A stretch of 64,000 bases of DNA from Denitrobacterium detoxificans (lineage in GTDB: Bacteria > Actinomycetota > Coriobacteriia > Coriobacteriales > Eggerthellaceae). Below, piece after piece: positions 53,165 to 62,225 of this stretch. The notes beneath the pieces were generated by a model. The model was not told the origin of the DNA. It did no database searches and saw only the letters and a list, made by a program, of their open reading frames with translations. The stretch lies in NCBI RefSeq assembly GCF_015062615.1, contig NZ_SUUH01000005.1:16061-80060 (forward strand). Reading direction: 5' to 3'. How positions within the stretch are numbered: position 1 is the first letter of the stretch; every line of letters begins with the position of its first letter. Made by a program: the position numbers and the translations under genes.

Positions 53165-56100
53165 CTACAGCCCGTACCAGCCGATGCCCTCGTACTTCCA
53201 GCCGAGTTTGCGCAGCCCGTCGCGTTCGCTCGCGCTCGTCGTGTAGTGGTGCGAGCCGGACTTGGCGTTCGGGTTGTACAGGCGGTAGAGCGGCGTCGTC
53301 TTGTTGTCGTCGGAGTACCAGCCGATGCCCTCGTACTTCCAGCCAAGGCCCCTCAGCCAGTCGCGCTCCTCGGCGCTCATGGTGTAGTGGTGGTCACCAC
53401 CGTTGGGGTTGTACAGGCGGTACACGGGCGTGTTGCTCGTTGCGGGCGCCGTCCAGCCGATGCCCTCGTATTTCCACCCGAGCTTGCGCAGGCCGTCGCG
53501 CTCCTCGGCGCTGGCCGTGTAGAAGTGCTCGCCGCCGTTCGGGTTGTACAGGCGATACATGCTTTGCTTACTCGTGCCGCTGGAATCTACGATTTGGAAC
53601 GCAGCGACGCGCGAGCCCTTGTAATAGTGGCCGGTTGCAATGACGTATACCGTTGCGGTGCCAGGGTTGATATTGTTGACGTACTGCAGGGTGTAGTCGA
53701 CGTCCTTGCGCAGGGTTACGCCCTTCACGATGACCGAGGGGTTGGGCGTTACGGCCTTGCCCGTGTATGCCTGCGGGGAAACGACGTTGATGATCACGTC
53801 AGTTTCGGTGGTTAGATCCACAACGTTCGCGATGAAGACGGGGAAGTGGCCATTCACGTTGTTCGAGTCGAAATGGAAGGGCGTGCCCAGCGTGGTGTCG
53901 GCGAAGTCCACGCTCTGCATCACTTCGGACGTTTGTTTGGTGATGCCGTCCCCTGCCAGCCTTCCAGCCGCTTGCGTGCAGGAAAGCTCCAGGTAGTGGG
54001 TATTTTCGAAGGTTGCGTTCCCATTGGCAACGTCGCCGCAGATGGCGCCTGCCGCAGTTCCCGTAAGGTCTACTCCGTTGTACGTTACGAGCCCCGTGTT
54101 GTATGCGCGCTTTACGGTAAGCTGGCTCGTCGCCCAGCCCACCAGGCCGCCGGCATACGGTCCGTCGGCGGCAAGACCCGATACGGTAACGTATCCTGTG
54201 TTGTATGCACTTTCCACGCGTACGTTGTACCCGCAGCCTTCCAGGCCGCCTGCCATGCCGCGTGACGTGATGTTTCCACTGTTGTACGACGTCAGAAACT
54301 CGCTGCTGCTTGCGCAGGATTCGCCATTCGCACTGCCTGCAAAGCCCAGCAATCCGCCTACGCGCGTAGCGTTGGGCGCTTGGATGTTGCCGGTGTTGGC
54401 GCAGTCTTGGAACACGACGTGCGCGTTGGGGAGCGCGCGCCCCAACATGCCTCCCACGCCTTCGGTTTCCAGTCCGTCGGTGACGGAGCCCGATGTGAAG
54501 CAAGAATTGAACGTGAGCGAGCCTTCTTTCATGACGCCCACGAGTCCTCCCAGATCGGCCGCAGACGCGGAAACGGCTACGCTGCTACTGACGTTGTAGA
54601 ACGTCGTCTCTCCGCCGTTCACCGTCTCTGCAAGGGCAGGTCGCGACATGGTGCCGGCAAGCACGAGGTCTTTCACTTCCGTTTGCTCGTGTGACCCGGA
54701 AATGGCATTGAACAGGGGCTGCGTGGTGCCTGCATGCATGGTGATGGTGTGTCCGCCGCCATCGAAGCTTCCCGCAAAGGGCGACGCAATGCCAATGGAG
54801 GGCACAAGGGGCGAAGTGTCGGTGTTTACCAGGTCGAGGTCGGCGGTCAGCTTGTAATGCGCCGAGCCATAGGCGGGGAAGTCGTTTTCGATGCAGTACT
54901 GCATGTAGGCAAGTGCGCCTACGGAGTCGATGACGTAGGGGTCGTTTTCGGTGCCCGTGCTTGCGTTGGCGAACGAATCGGGGCCTGCGGCAACGGCAAA
55001 TTGAACTTGCATGCTGCCGCTGTAGTTGCCTCCGGGAACGGCTACCGCGTCAACGCTGCCAAGCGGTGCGGCGGTCTTCGTATTTCCGCTGTTCCAGTCC
55101 AGGGTGTAGTCGACGTTTTCCTGCAGCTGCTTGCCCGCGGCATTGGTAATGGTGATGGTGGGGCGCACCAGGTTGTTGCCGCCGAAGTTCCAGGTGCTGG
55201 TAGCGGTGTACGTGCAGTTGCTTGTGCCCAGGTTGGCTGGGTCGATGGTGAAAGCGTGCGGTCCGTTTTGCGTTCCCGCATAGGCGCCCGCACCCGTTAC
55301 GGTGAACGTTGCGGGGCTCGTGCTCGTGGTGACATTGGTGTTGTTGCTGCCCGTAACCGTGTAGTCGGAATCGGGATTGAGCTCGGTGCCGTTCAGCACG
55401 ACGCGGATGTCGGAAGGCAGAATTGCTTCGCCTGTATACGTTACCGTTTCGCTGTACGAGATAGTGGCGTCTTCCAGGTTGACCGAGGGCTCCTCCAGGC
55501 CCAGCTGCCAATAGAGCACGGGGTATCCGTAGTTGGGCTTTGAGCTTTCGTGGCCGTCGATGAAGTATGCCCCCAGTTTGCTTGCGCCCTGTCGCTTCAA
55601 ATCGTCGAACGAGAGGGGCAGGGCGTTTGATTGGCTAACGGTGGGTGCCACGAGTCCGCCGGTATCGGTTTCTCGCGTGCCTGCCCAGCCTGCGGCTGCA
55701 TCGCCGCGGAAGTAGCAGTTCCCAATGCGAATTTCGCTGCCTTCTTCGCCCACGCCTGCCAGGCCCACCATACCGCCTACGGAAGTGGATCCGTCGGCTT
55801 GGCTTTGCTTGCCCATGAGGCTTGCGCTATAGGTGTTCGTGATGGCCAGGCGGTATAGTCCGCCTTGCGCGCGTCCTACGATGCCTCCCAGGTACGCCGT
55901 TCCGCCTACGGGGGTTCCAATGACGGTGTATTCGCGATCGTTTTCCGCGGCGCTGAAGCAGTTGGAGATGGTCAGCTTGCAGCCGCTATTCGCGCCCACG
56001 AGGCCGCCGCCTGCGGCAGAGGCGGAAACGCTACCCGTGTTGCCACATGCGCTTATGGTTACCGTGGGTGGCGTGCTGGCGGATTCAGCTTCGCAGAGGC

Positions 56101-57013
56101 CTACGAGTCCGCCGGCGTTGCCAGCGTTTTCGCCCACGCTGCCCGCCCTAATGAGCCCCGTGTTGGTGCTTGCGGCGTTGAAGTCCAGGTAGTTGCGCGA
56201 TGCGTGCAGCGAGAGGTCGCAATCGAGCGCGTATCCCACCATGCCGCCTGCGGCCTTCATACCGCTTACGGGCCCGCAGGTTTCGCATCCGTCGATGGTG
56301 AGAGTCCCCGTCGCCTTGCCAACCAGGCCGCCAGCGATGCTGCTACTGCCGTTTGCTGTGGCTGCAACGGAACACGTGACGCCTTCGAACGTAACGTTGC
56401 CATCCGCAACGCCCAGCACGCCCGCGGCGATTTGTCCCACGCCTGTGGCCGTGGTGGTGCCCGAAAGGTCGAAATCCCTGAATGTGGCGTCGTACCCCGC
56501 TGCCGTGGCGCCGAAGAGCGACGCCATCTTGTATTGCAGCGTCATGTCGGTGATGCCAATTTGGTTGAGCTTGATGGAGTGCCCGTTGCCGTCGAAGGTG
56601 CCGCAGAAGTACGCGTAATCGACTACGCGTTCGCCTTCTTCGCCGATGGTCGTATGCTCGCCCCAGCCAATGGGTGACCAGGCGGTTTCTCCTGATGCGT
56701 CGATATTGGCGGTAAGCGCATAGTGGGCCGTCTGCGCGGCAGTGGGCGTGTACGTGCTGCCCGAGAGCTCTCCGGGCTTGTTCACCTCGCTCATCATGTA
56801 GCGCAGCTGGGCCACGTTGGCAATCTGATATGGATCGCTTGCCGTGCCCGTGCCCCCTGCATACGAGGTAGCAGGTTCGGTATCCGCAAAGGCGGATGCG
56901 GGCAGGAGAATCATCGCGACCGCGAAGAGGGCGCAGAGTAGAGCGCCCAGGCCCGCTTTGGAACGTGCCGTTTTCCGTGACTTCAGACTACCCAAGTGCG
57001 ACTGTACGTGCAT
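53165..57013 (-). CDS. giant wall-associated surface protein with GLUG-type repeats, Ig-like region and three C-terminal DUF5648-like repeats
   Basis: ATG 57013 after GGGGG (ATG 57025 is an alternative). Signal peptide ..ALLCALFAVAMILLPASAFA. Many GG(L/M)VG..N.G repeats. C-terminal YRLYNPNGGEHFYT..GWKYEGIGW x3. Confidence 0.88.
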   Translation of the reverse strand: MHVQSHLGSLKSRKTARSKAGLGALLCALFAVAMILLPASAFADTEPATSYAGGTGTASDPYQIANVAQLRYMMSEVNKPGELSGSTYTPTAAQTAHYALTANIDASGETAWSPIGWGEHTTIGEEGERVVDYAYFCGTFDGNGHSIKLNQIGITDMTLQYKMASLFGATAAGYDATFRDFDLSGTTTATGVGQIAAGVLGVADGNVTFEGVTCSVAATANGSSSIAGGLVGKATGTLTIDGCETCGPVSGMKAAGGMVGYALDCDLSLHASRNYLDFNAASTNTGLIRAGSVGENAGNAGGLVGLCEAESASTPPTVTISACGNTGSVSASAAGGGLVGANSGCKLTISNCFSAAENDREYTVIGTPVGGTAYLGGIVGRAQGGLYRLAITNTYSASLMGKQSQADGSTSVGGMVGLAGVGEEGSEIRIGNCYFRGDAAAGWAGTRETDTGGLVAPTVSQSNALPLSFDDLKRQGASKLGAYFIDGHESSKPNYGYPVLYWQLGLEEPSVNLEDATISYSETVTYTGEAILPSDIRVVLNGTELNPDSDYTVTGSNNTNVTTSTSPATFTVTGAGAYAGTQNGPHAFTIDPANLGTSNCTYTATSTWNFGGNNLVRPTITITNAAGKQLQENVDYTLDWNSGNTKTAAPLGSVDAVAVPGGNYSGSMQVQFAVAAGPDSFANASTGTENDPYVIDSVGALAYMQYCIENDFPAYGSAHYKLTADLDLVNTDTSPLVPSIGIASPFAGSFDGGGHTITMHAGTTQPLFNAISGSHEQTEVKDLVLAGTMSRPALAETVNGGETTFYNVSSSVAVSASAADLGGLVGVMKEGSLTFNSCFTSGSVTDGLETEGVGGMLGRALPNAHVVFQDCANTGNIQAPNATRVGGLLGFAGSANGESCASSSEFLTSYNSGNITSRGMAGGLEGCGYNVRVESAYNTGYVTVSGLAADGPYAGGLVGWATSQLTVKRAYNTGLVTYNGVDLTGTAAGAICGDVANGNATFENTHYLELSCTQAAGRLAGDGITKQTSEVMQSVDFADTTLGTPFHFDSNNVNGHFPVFIANVVDLTTETDVIINVVSPQAYTGKAVTPNPSVIVKGVTLRKDVDYTLQYVNNINPGTATVYVIATGHYYKGSRVAAFQIVDSSGTSKQSMYRLYNPNGGEHFYTASAEERDGLRKLGWKYEGIGWTAPATSNTPVYRLYNPNGGDHHYTMSAEERDWLRGLGWKYEGIGWYSDDNKTTPLYRLYNPNAKSGSHHYTTSASERDGLRKLGWKYEGIGWYGL

Positions 57014-57167
57014 AACGACCCCCATCGCCGCGCGTGAAATGTAATCTCAATTCTACCATTTTCTCAGTTCAGGTGCACTAAACAGCTGGTTTTCGTCTTC
57101 GCGACAGCTTGTTATTCAGGCTGTTTTAAGGCGTGGTTTGTAGAGTCGGGTACAGTCAACGAGAGGA

Positions 57168-58073
57168 ATGACGATGACTGACGCAAGTAAACCAAGCCCG
57201 AAGCCAATTGCCATCTTCGAGCGCACGGAAAAGAAGTACGTGATCACGCGTCGTCAGTTCGACCTGTTCATGCAGGCGATTGGCGATAAGCTCCGTGACG
57301 ACCAGTACGCGCGCAGCACGATTTCGAGCCTGTATTTCGACACGATGGAAGACACGCTCATCAATCGTTCCATGGAAAAGCCCTTCTACAAGGAGAAGCT
57401 GCGCATTCGGTCGTACGGTCCCGCAGCAGCGAGCGACCTGGTGTTCGTAGAGCTCAAGAAGAAGTTCGACGGCATCGTGTACAAGCGTCGCGTGCAGCTT
57501 CCGCGCGACTTGGCCATCGCCTATATGCAAGGTGATGTGTCGTACCAGGAGGCCGTGCGCGTGGCGGCAAGTTTTGGCGCGCTGGATGCCGAGGAGGCGC
57601 TGTCCGCCAGCAAGTTGCAGACGGTGCGCGAAATCGACGCCACCATTGCGCGCTACCCGAAGCTGCGTCCGCGCATCATGGTAGTGGTGAACCGCCTGTC
57701 CCTGAAGAGTATCGACGGTAGCAACATTCGCTTCACCTTCGACTTCAACGCGCGGTGGCGTCATCAGAACCTGACGTTTGACCAGGGTGAAGGCGGTCAT
57801 CTCATCTATGGCGAAGATGAGCGCAACATCATCCTGGAAATCAAATGCCAGAAGGCGTACCCCCTGTGGCTGGTGCATGCGCTGTCCAACTTGCGGATGT
57901 ATCCGCAGCCCTGTTCGAAGATTGCGGGCGCCTATACGGCCCTTGTGCCGGTGGCCCAGGTGGGTGGCAAGCGCGTTCCCATCTACCAGAAGCAGCCGCT
58001 TGAACGCATTCAGACGAAAGACCGATACGGCGCGCCTGTCGCGCGTCGCGTGAAAGGAGCTCATTGTGCTTGA
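57168..58073 (+). CDS. VTC-domain (polyphosphate-polymerase-like, triphosphate-tunnel) protein
   Basis: FERTEKKYVI, SLYFDT, PFYKEKLRIRSYG and VFVELKKKFDGIVYKRR are recalled as signatures of bacterial VTC-domain proteins. ATG 57174 has better RBS spacing. Confidence 0.8.
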   Translation: MTMTDASKPSPKPIAIFERTEKKYVITRRQFDLFMQAIGDKLRDDQYARSTISSLYFDTMEDTLINRSMEKPFYKEKLRIRSYGPAAASDLVFVELKKKFDGIVYKRRVQLPRDLAIAYMQGDVSYQEAVRVAASFGALDAEEALSASKLQTVREIDATIARYPKLRPRIMVVVNRLSLKSIDGSNIRFTFDFNARWRHQNLTFDQGEGGHLIYGEDERNIILEIKCQKAYPLWLVHALSNLRMYPQPCSKIAGAYTALVPVAQVGGKRVPIYQKQPLERIQTKDRYGAPVARRVKGAHCA

Positions 58074-58770
58074 TTCCCTGTTCACCAGCGTGCTAACCGC
58101 TAGCACCGATTCGACGGCTGCGGCAATGTCCGGCGTCGACTTCTTCCTTTGCTCGGCCGTCTCGCTCGTGCTTGGCGTGGCGATCGCGTTCATCTACATG
58201 TTCAAGCACTCATATTCGAAGAGCTTCGTTGTGACGCTCGCTCTGCTGCCCATCATCGTGCAGATGGTAATCAGCCTGGTGAACGGCAACATTGGTGCCG
58301 GCATTGCCGTCATGGGCGTGTTCAATTTGGTGCGCTTCCGCAGTATTCCGGGTAGCGCAAAGGACATCGGTTCGGTGTTCCTGGCCATGGCAGTGGGCCT
58401 GGCTACGGGCATGGGCTACCTGGCGCTGGCGTGCGTGTTCACGGTCATCGTGGCCATCGCGAACATCGTATTCGTGCTTTCCCCGCTGGGCAGCCAGATG
58501 GGCGAACGCGTGGAGCGCGCCCTTACCGTTACCATCCCTGAGGACATCGACTATACGAATCTCTTTGACGACCTGTTTGAACGCTTTACTTCCAAGCACG
58601 AACTCGTCAATACCCGTACCACCAACATGGGCAGCCTGTACAAGTTGGAATACCTTGTCACGCTGAAGGATGCGCGCGCAGAGAAGACGCTGCTCGATGC
58701 CATCCGCACGCGTAACGGCAATCTGACCGTCCAATGCGGTAGGCCCACCATGTTTCAGGAAAGGCTCTAA
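58066..58770 (+). CDS. DUF4956-like membrane protein (4 TM plus soluble C-terminal domain)
   Basis: GTG 58066, 6 nt after AAAGGAG, overlapping the VTC gene by 8 nt. NLVRFRS motif after TM3; MgtC-like architecture. Confidence 0.75.
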   Translation: MLDSLFTSVLTASTDSTAAAMSGVDFFLCSAVSLVLGVAIAFIYMFKHSYSKSFVVTLALLPIIVQMVISLVNGNIGAGIAVMGVFNLVRFRSIPGSAKDIGSVFLAMAVGLATGMGYLALACVFTVIVAIANIVFVLSPLGSQMGERVERALTVTIPEDIDYTNLFDDLFERFTSKHELVNTRTTNMGSLYKLEYLVTLKDARAEKTLLDAIRTRNGNLTVQCGRPTMFQERL

Positions 58771-58772
58771 CA

Positions 58773-60989
58773 ATGACTACACCCAAACACGCTCGCTCTG
58801 GGTATTCGATACCGAATACCAGTGCGCAGCCGCAGGACCGCTCGAGCGGCGCGTGGCATGAGCACGAATCGGCGGGTACGTACCCCACGGTGGATTCCCC
58901 GCAGTTTCATGCGATGGGCGCAAGCCGCCGGTTTGCAAACCGTACGGCGGCTGCGCGGAAGCGCACGGTGCGCGATCGTCTGAACGCGCTTGCGCACCCC
59001 GTGCGCGCCATGGCCGTGGCCGGTCTCACGTTGGCACTGGTCGGCGTGGTGGGATGCTCCGCTCTCTCGTCGCTTGCGTCGAGCAGCGATTCCGATTCTT
59101 CGACGAGCACGACCACCACGACGGAAAGCACGGCAACGCATGCTAAGGGAGCCGTTGCCGCCGATACCGCGTCGATGACGTTCGAGTATTCCAATCGCGA
59201 TAGCGATGCCAGCTACGATGCGTCCAGCGCGACCACCATTACGCTGAGCGATTCTTCCGCCACGGTAAGCGGGTCGGGCGCCACGGCCGATGGCTCCACG
59301 GTAACCATCACCACTGCTGGTACGTACGTTATCTCGGGTAGCTCAAGCGACGCCCAGATCGTGGTGGCTGCGGCTGACGACGAAAAGGTGCAGCTGGTAC
59401 TTGATGGCGTGACCATGAGTTGCTCCAGCGGGCCGTGCATTAACGTGCAAACCGCTGACAAGGTGTTCATCACGCTCGATAGCGGTTCCACCAACACGCT
59501 TTCCGATGGCAGCGGCTGGACTCTGACGGGTGAGGATGGCGAACCGAACGCGACCATTTACAGCGAATGCGACCTTACGATCAACGGCAGCGGATCGCTT
59601 ACGGTGAATGCCACGGTGAACCATGGCATCTCCAGCAAGAACGACCTTACCATCACGGGTGGCACGATTGACGTTACCTCGGTGGGCGATGGCTTGCATG
59701 GCAAGGATAGCGTGCAGATTTCCGATGGCGACATCACTATCGATTCCCAGTCCGATGGCATCAAGTCCACGGAAACGGACGAAGATGACAAGGGCTATGT
59801 CTCCATCGATGGCGGCACGATTGCCATCACCGCGGTTGACGATGGTATTCAGGCGAGCAAGCTCGTGCGCATTGCCGGTGGCGAGCTGGAGATTGACGTC
59901 GAGGGCGATGCCATTCATGGCGACTACGACGTGCAGATTGCGGATGGCGAGCTGGTCATCAACGCAGGCGACGACGGCGTGCACGCCGAGTACAACCTGA
60001 GTATCGAGGGTGGCCAGACTACGGTTGAGACGAGCGTCGAGGGCCTGGAAGGCCAGTGCGTGGAAATTTCGGGCGGCGAGAACCTGGTGTACTCCAGCGA
60101 CGACGGCATCAATGCCGCGGCTGTCACTACCGATACCGTGACGACCGATGTTGCCGCCACGAACGCAACGAGCACAGCCGCAACGTCGGATAGCACCCAG
60201 ACGACGGGTGAGGCCCCCCAGGCGCCGAGCGGCGACGCAGCGGGTGGCACGGCTCCTTCGGGTGACATGCCGAGCGGCGAAGCCCCTAGTGGCGAGCTTC
60301 CCAGCGATGCGGGTGGTACGCCCCCCGACGCTTCCGGCTCTACCGGTGGCGGCATGGCTGGCGGAAATGCCGGAGGCGGCATGGCTGGCGCGTCGAGCGC
60401 CTGCAACATCACGATTTCCGGTGGCTCCACCACGCTTGTCTGCACTGCCGATGGCGACAGCATGGACTCCAACGGCAATATCGAAATGACCGCGGGCGAG
60501 CTGTATATCTCGGGCGTATCGGGTGGTGATAATGGCGCTATCGACTATGAGTCCACGGCTACGATTACGGGCGGAACGGCTTTCGTCGTGGGCAACTCGG
60601 GCATGGACGGTGCGTTCACCAGCGATAGTACGCAGCCCTTCATTGCGGTAAGCGCCAGCGGGCAGGCCGGCTCTACGGTTACCGTGGAAGATGCCTCGGG
60701 CAATGTGGTGGCTAGCTATACCTCGGTCAATGGATTTAGCTATGTGGTTGTTTCCAACGCGAGCCTGGTGGATGGCCAAGAGTACACCATCTTGGTGAAT
60801 GGCCAGGAAGCTACCACGGCAACGGCCAGTACCGAGGCTGCTACGACGACCATGGGGTCTGGTGGCGGCATGGCTGGCGGTAATGGCGGCGGCGGATTTG
60901 GCGGTCGCGGTGGTGGCGACATGGCCAATGGCGATGCTTCTTCGGGGCAAAGCCAGCAGTCCGGCACGACGCAGACGACCACCGTATAG
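58773..60989 (+). CDS. Cthe_2159-like beta-helix (carbohydrate-binding family) lipoprotein with Gly-rich tail
   Basis: Starts 2 nt after the previous stop. Lipobox-like LALVGVVGCS. Repeats ..DGI.S/DDGIQA/GDAIHG/DDGVHA/SDDGINA..DSMDSNG. Tail GGGMAGGNGGGGFGGRGGG. Confidence 0.85.
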   Translation: MTTPKHARSGYSIPNTSAQPQDRSSGAWHEHESAGTYPTVDSPQFHAMGASRRFANRTAAARKRTVRDRLNALAHPVRAMAVAGLTLALVGVVGCSALSSLASSSDSDSSTSTTTTTESTATHAKGAVAADTASMTFEYSNRDSDASYDASSATTITLSDSSATVSGSGATADGSTVTITTAGTYVISGSSSDAQIVVAAADDEKVQLVLDGVTMSCSSGPCINVQTADKVFITLDSGSTNTLSDGSGWTLTGEDGEPNATIYSECDLTINGSGSLTVNATVNHGISSKNDLTITGGTIDVTSVGDGLHGKDSVQISDGDITIDSQSDGIKSTETDEDDKGYVSIDGGTIAITAVDDGIQASKLVRIAGGELEIDVEGDAIHGDYDVQIADGELVINAGDDGVHAEYNLSIEGGQTTVETSVEGLEGQCVEISGGENLVYSSDDGINAAAVTTDTVTTDVAATNATSTAATSDSTQTTGEAPQAPSGDAAGGTAPSGDMPSGEAPSGELPSDAGGTPPDASGSTGGGMAGGNAGGGMAGASSACNITISGGSTTLVCTADGDSMDSNGNIEMTAGELYISGVSGGDNGAIDYESTATITGGTAFVVGNSGMDGAFTSDSTQPFIAVSASGQAGSTVTVEDASGNVVASYTSVNGFSYVVVSNASLVDGQEYTILVNGQEATTATASTEAATTTMGSGGGMAGGNGGGGFGGRGGGDMANGDASSGQSQQSGTTQTTTV

Positions 60990-61035
60990 CTCTTCTTGCG
61001 TAATGCAGGGCGGGGAGGAGCGCCCCGCATGCTTG

Positions 61036-61067
61036 GGCGGTTGACCTTGGGGTCAACCGCCTTTTTG
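61036..61067 (+). terminator. strong intrinsic terminator of the VTC operon
   Basis: GGCGGTTGACC-TTGG-GGTCAACCGCC followed by TTTTT. Confidence 0.9.
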
Positions 61068-61166
61068 CGTCCTTTTTCGGCAAAAAGCCAGCCCGATATG
61101 CTGGCATCGCGTACAATAGTCTGGTTACATCGGTAACAGTATGACCTTTCCTTAAGGAGGAACCAC

Positions 61167-62105
61167 ATGCCAAGCATTACTCGTGATCAGGTGAAAGTCC
61201 CTGCCGACGTTATGCCTGAGGTCCGTGAAACCTACATCGACAACTATCTGAAGGCAACCCGCAACACCGGTCGCCTCATGCTGTTCGCCTGCGACCAGAA
61301 GATGGAGCACCTGAACGGCGACTTCTACGGCGAGGGCATCGATCCCTCCGATAACGATCCCGAGCATCTGTTCCAGATTGGCCAGGAAGGCGTCATTGGC
61401 GTTCTGGCTGGTCAGCGTGGCCTTATTGCTCGCTATGCTCCCGATTACCCGGAAATCAACTTCCTGGTGAAGATGAACTCCAAGACGAACCTGGTGAAGA
61501 CGGCTCAGGACGATCCGTATTCTCCCCAGCTGCACGACCTCGAGGCCGTTCTGGCCATGCGCGAGGCTGGCGTCAACATCGTGGGCCTTGGCTACACCAT
61601 CTACCTGGGCAGCGAATATGAATCCACCATGCTGGCCGAGGCTGGCGAACTCATCGCTCAGGCACATGCAAACGGCCTGATCGTGGTCCTGTGGATCTAT
61701 CCTCGCGGCAAGGCCGTTGCCGACGAGAAGGCCCCCGCACTCATCGCTGGTGCTGCTGGTGCCGCCCTGTGCCTGGGTGCCGACTTCGTGAAGGTCAACC
61801 CTCCGAAAGACACCGAGGAAGCTACCAGCGCCCAGAGCCTGGCCATCGCTTCCCAGGCTGCTGGCCGCACCGGCCTGGTGTGCGCTGGCGGTTCCAAGGC
61901 CGACGCCAAGGAATTCCTGTCCAACCTGTACGATCAGATTCATGTGGGCGGTGCCTGCGGTAACGCCACGGGCCGCAACATCCACATGCGTTCGCTGGAA
62001 GAGGCCGTGCGCCTCACGAAGGCCATCAGCGCCATCACGCTGGCCGACTACGAGGTCGACGACGCTCTGGCCGTTTACAACGGCGAAGCCGACTTCGCGC
62101 TGTAG
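61167..62105 (+). CDS. class I fructose-bisphosphate aldolase family (DhnA/FbaB-type)
   Basis: AAGGAGG RBS. DQKMEH.. and GADFVKVNPP (Schiff-base Lys region); 312 aa. Confidence 0.8.
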   Translation: MPSITRDQVKVPADVMPEVRETYIDNYLKATRNTGRLMLFACDQKMEHLNGDFYGEGIDPSDNDPEHLFQIGQEGVIGVLAGQRGLIARYAPDYPEINFLVKMNSKTNLVKTAQDDPYSPQLHDLEAVLAMREAGVNIVGLGYTIYLGSEYESTMLAEAGELIAQAHANGLIVVLWIYPRGKAVADEKAPALIAGAAGAALCLGADFVKVNPPKDTEEATSAQSLAIASQAAGRTGLVCAGGSKADAKEFLSNLYDQIHVGGACGNATGRNIHMRSLEEAVRLTKAISAITLADYEVDDALAVYNGEADFAL

Positions 62106-62124
62106 TTCAGCTTCATAGCGTATG

Positions 62125-62160
62125 GGGGGCAGCTAGCTCATGCTAGCTGCCCCTTCTTGT
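62125..62160 (+). terminator. intrinsic terminator after the aldolase gene
   Basis: GGGGCAGCTAGC-TCAT-GCTAGCTGCCCC followed by TTCTTGT. Confidence 0.85.
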
Positions 62161-62225
62161 ATTCAGGGGCGTTTCAGGTTCGTTGATACAATAGGGATGT
62201 ATATGTATGAGGGGAAAGGACCGAC

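Noticed and set aside
52552-53346. Pro/Arg/Ser-rich ORFs spanning repeat regions (52552-53346, 52059-52940, 25454-26095).
   Set aside because: They run through palindromic repeats and into the 3' ends of real genes in the wrong frame. They are low-complexity GC-frame artefacts.
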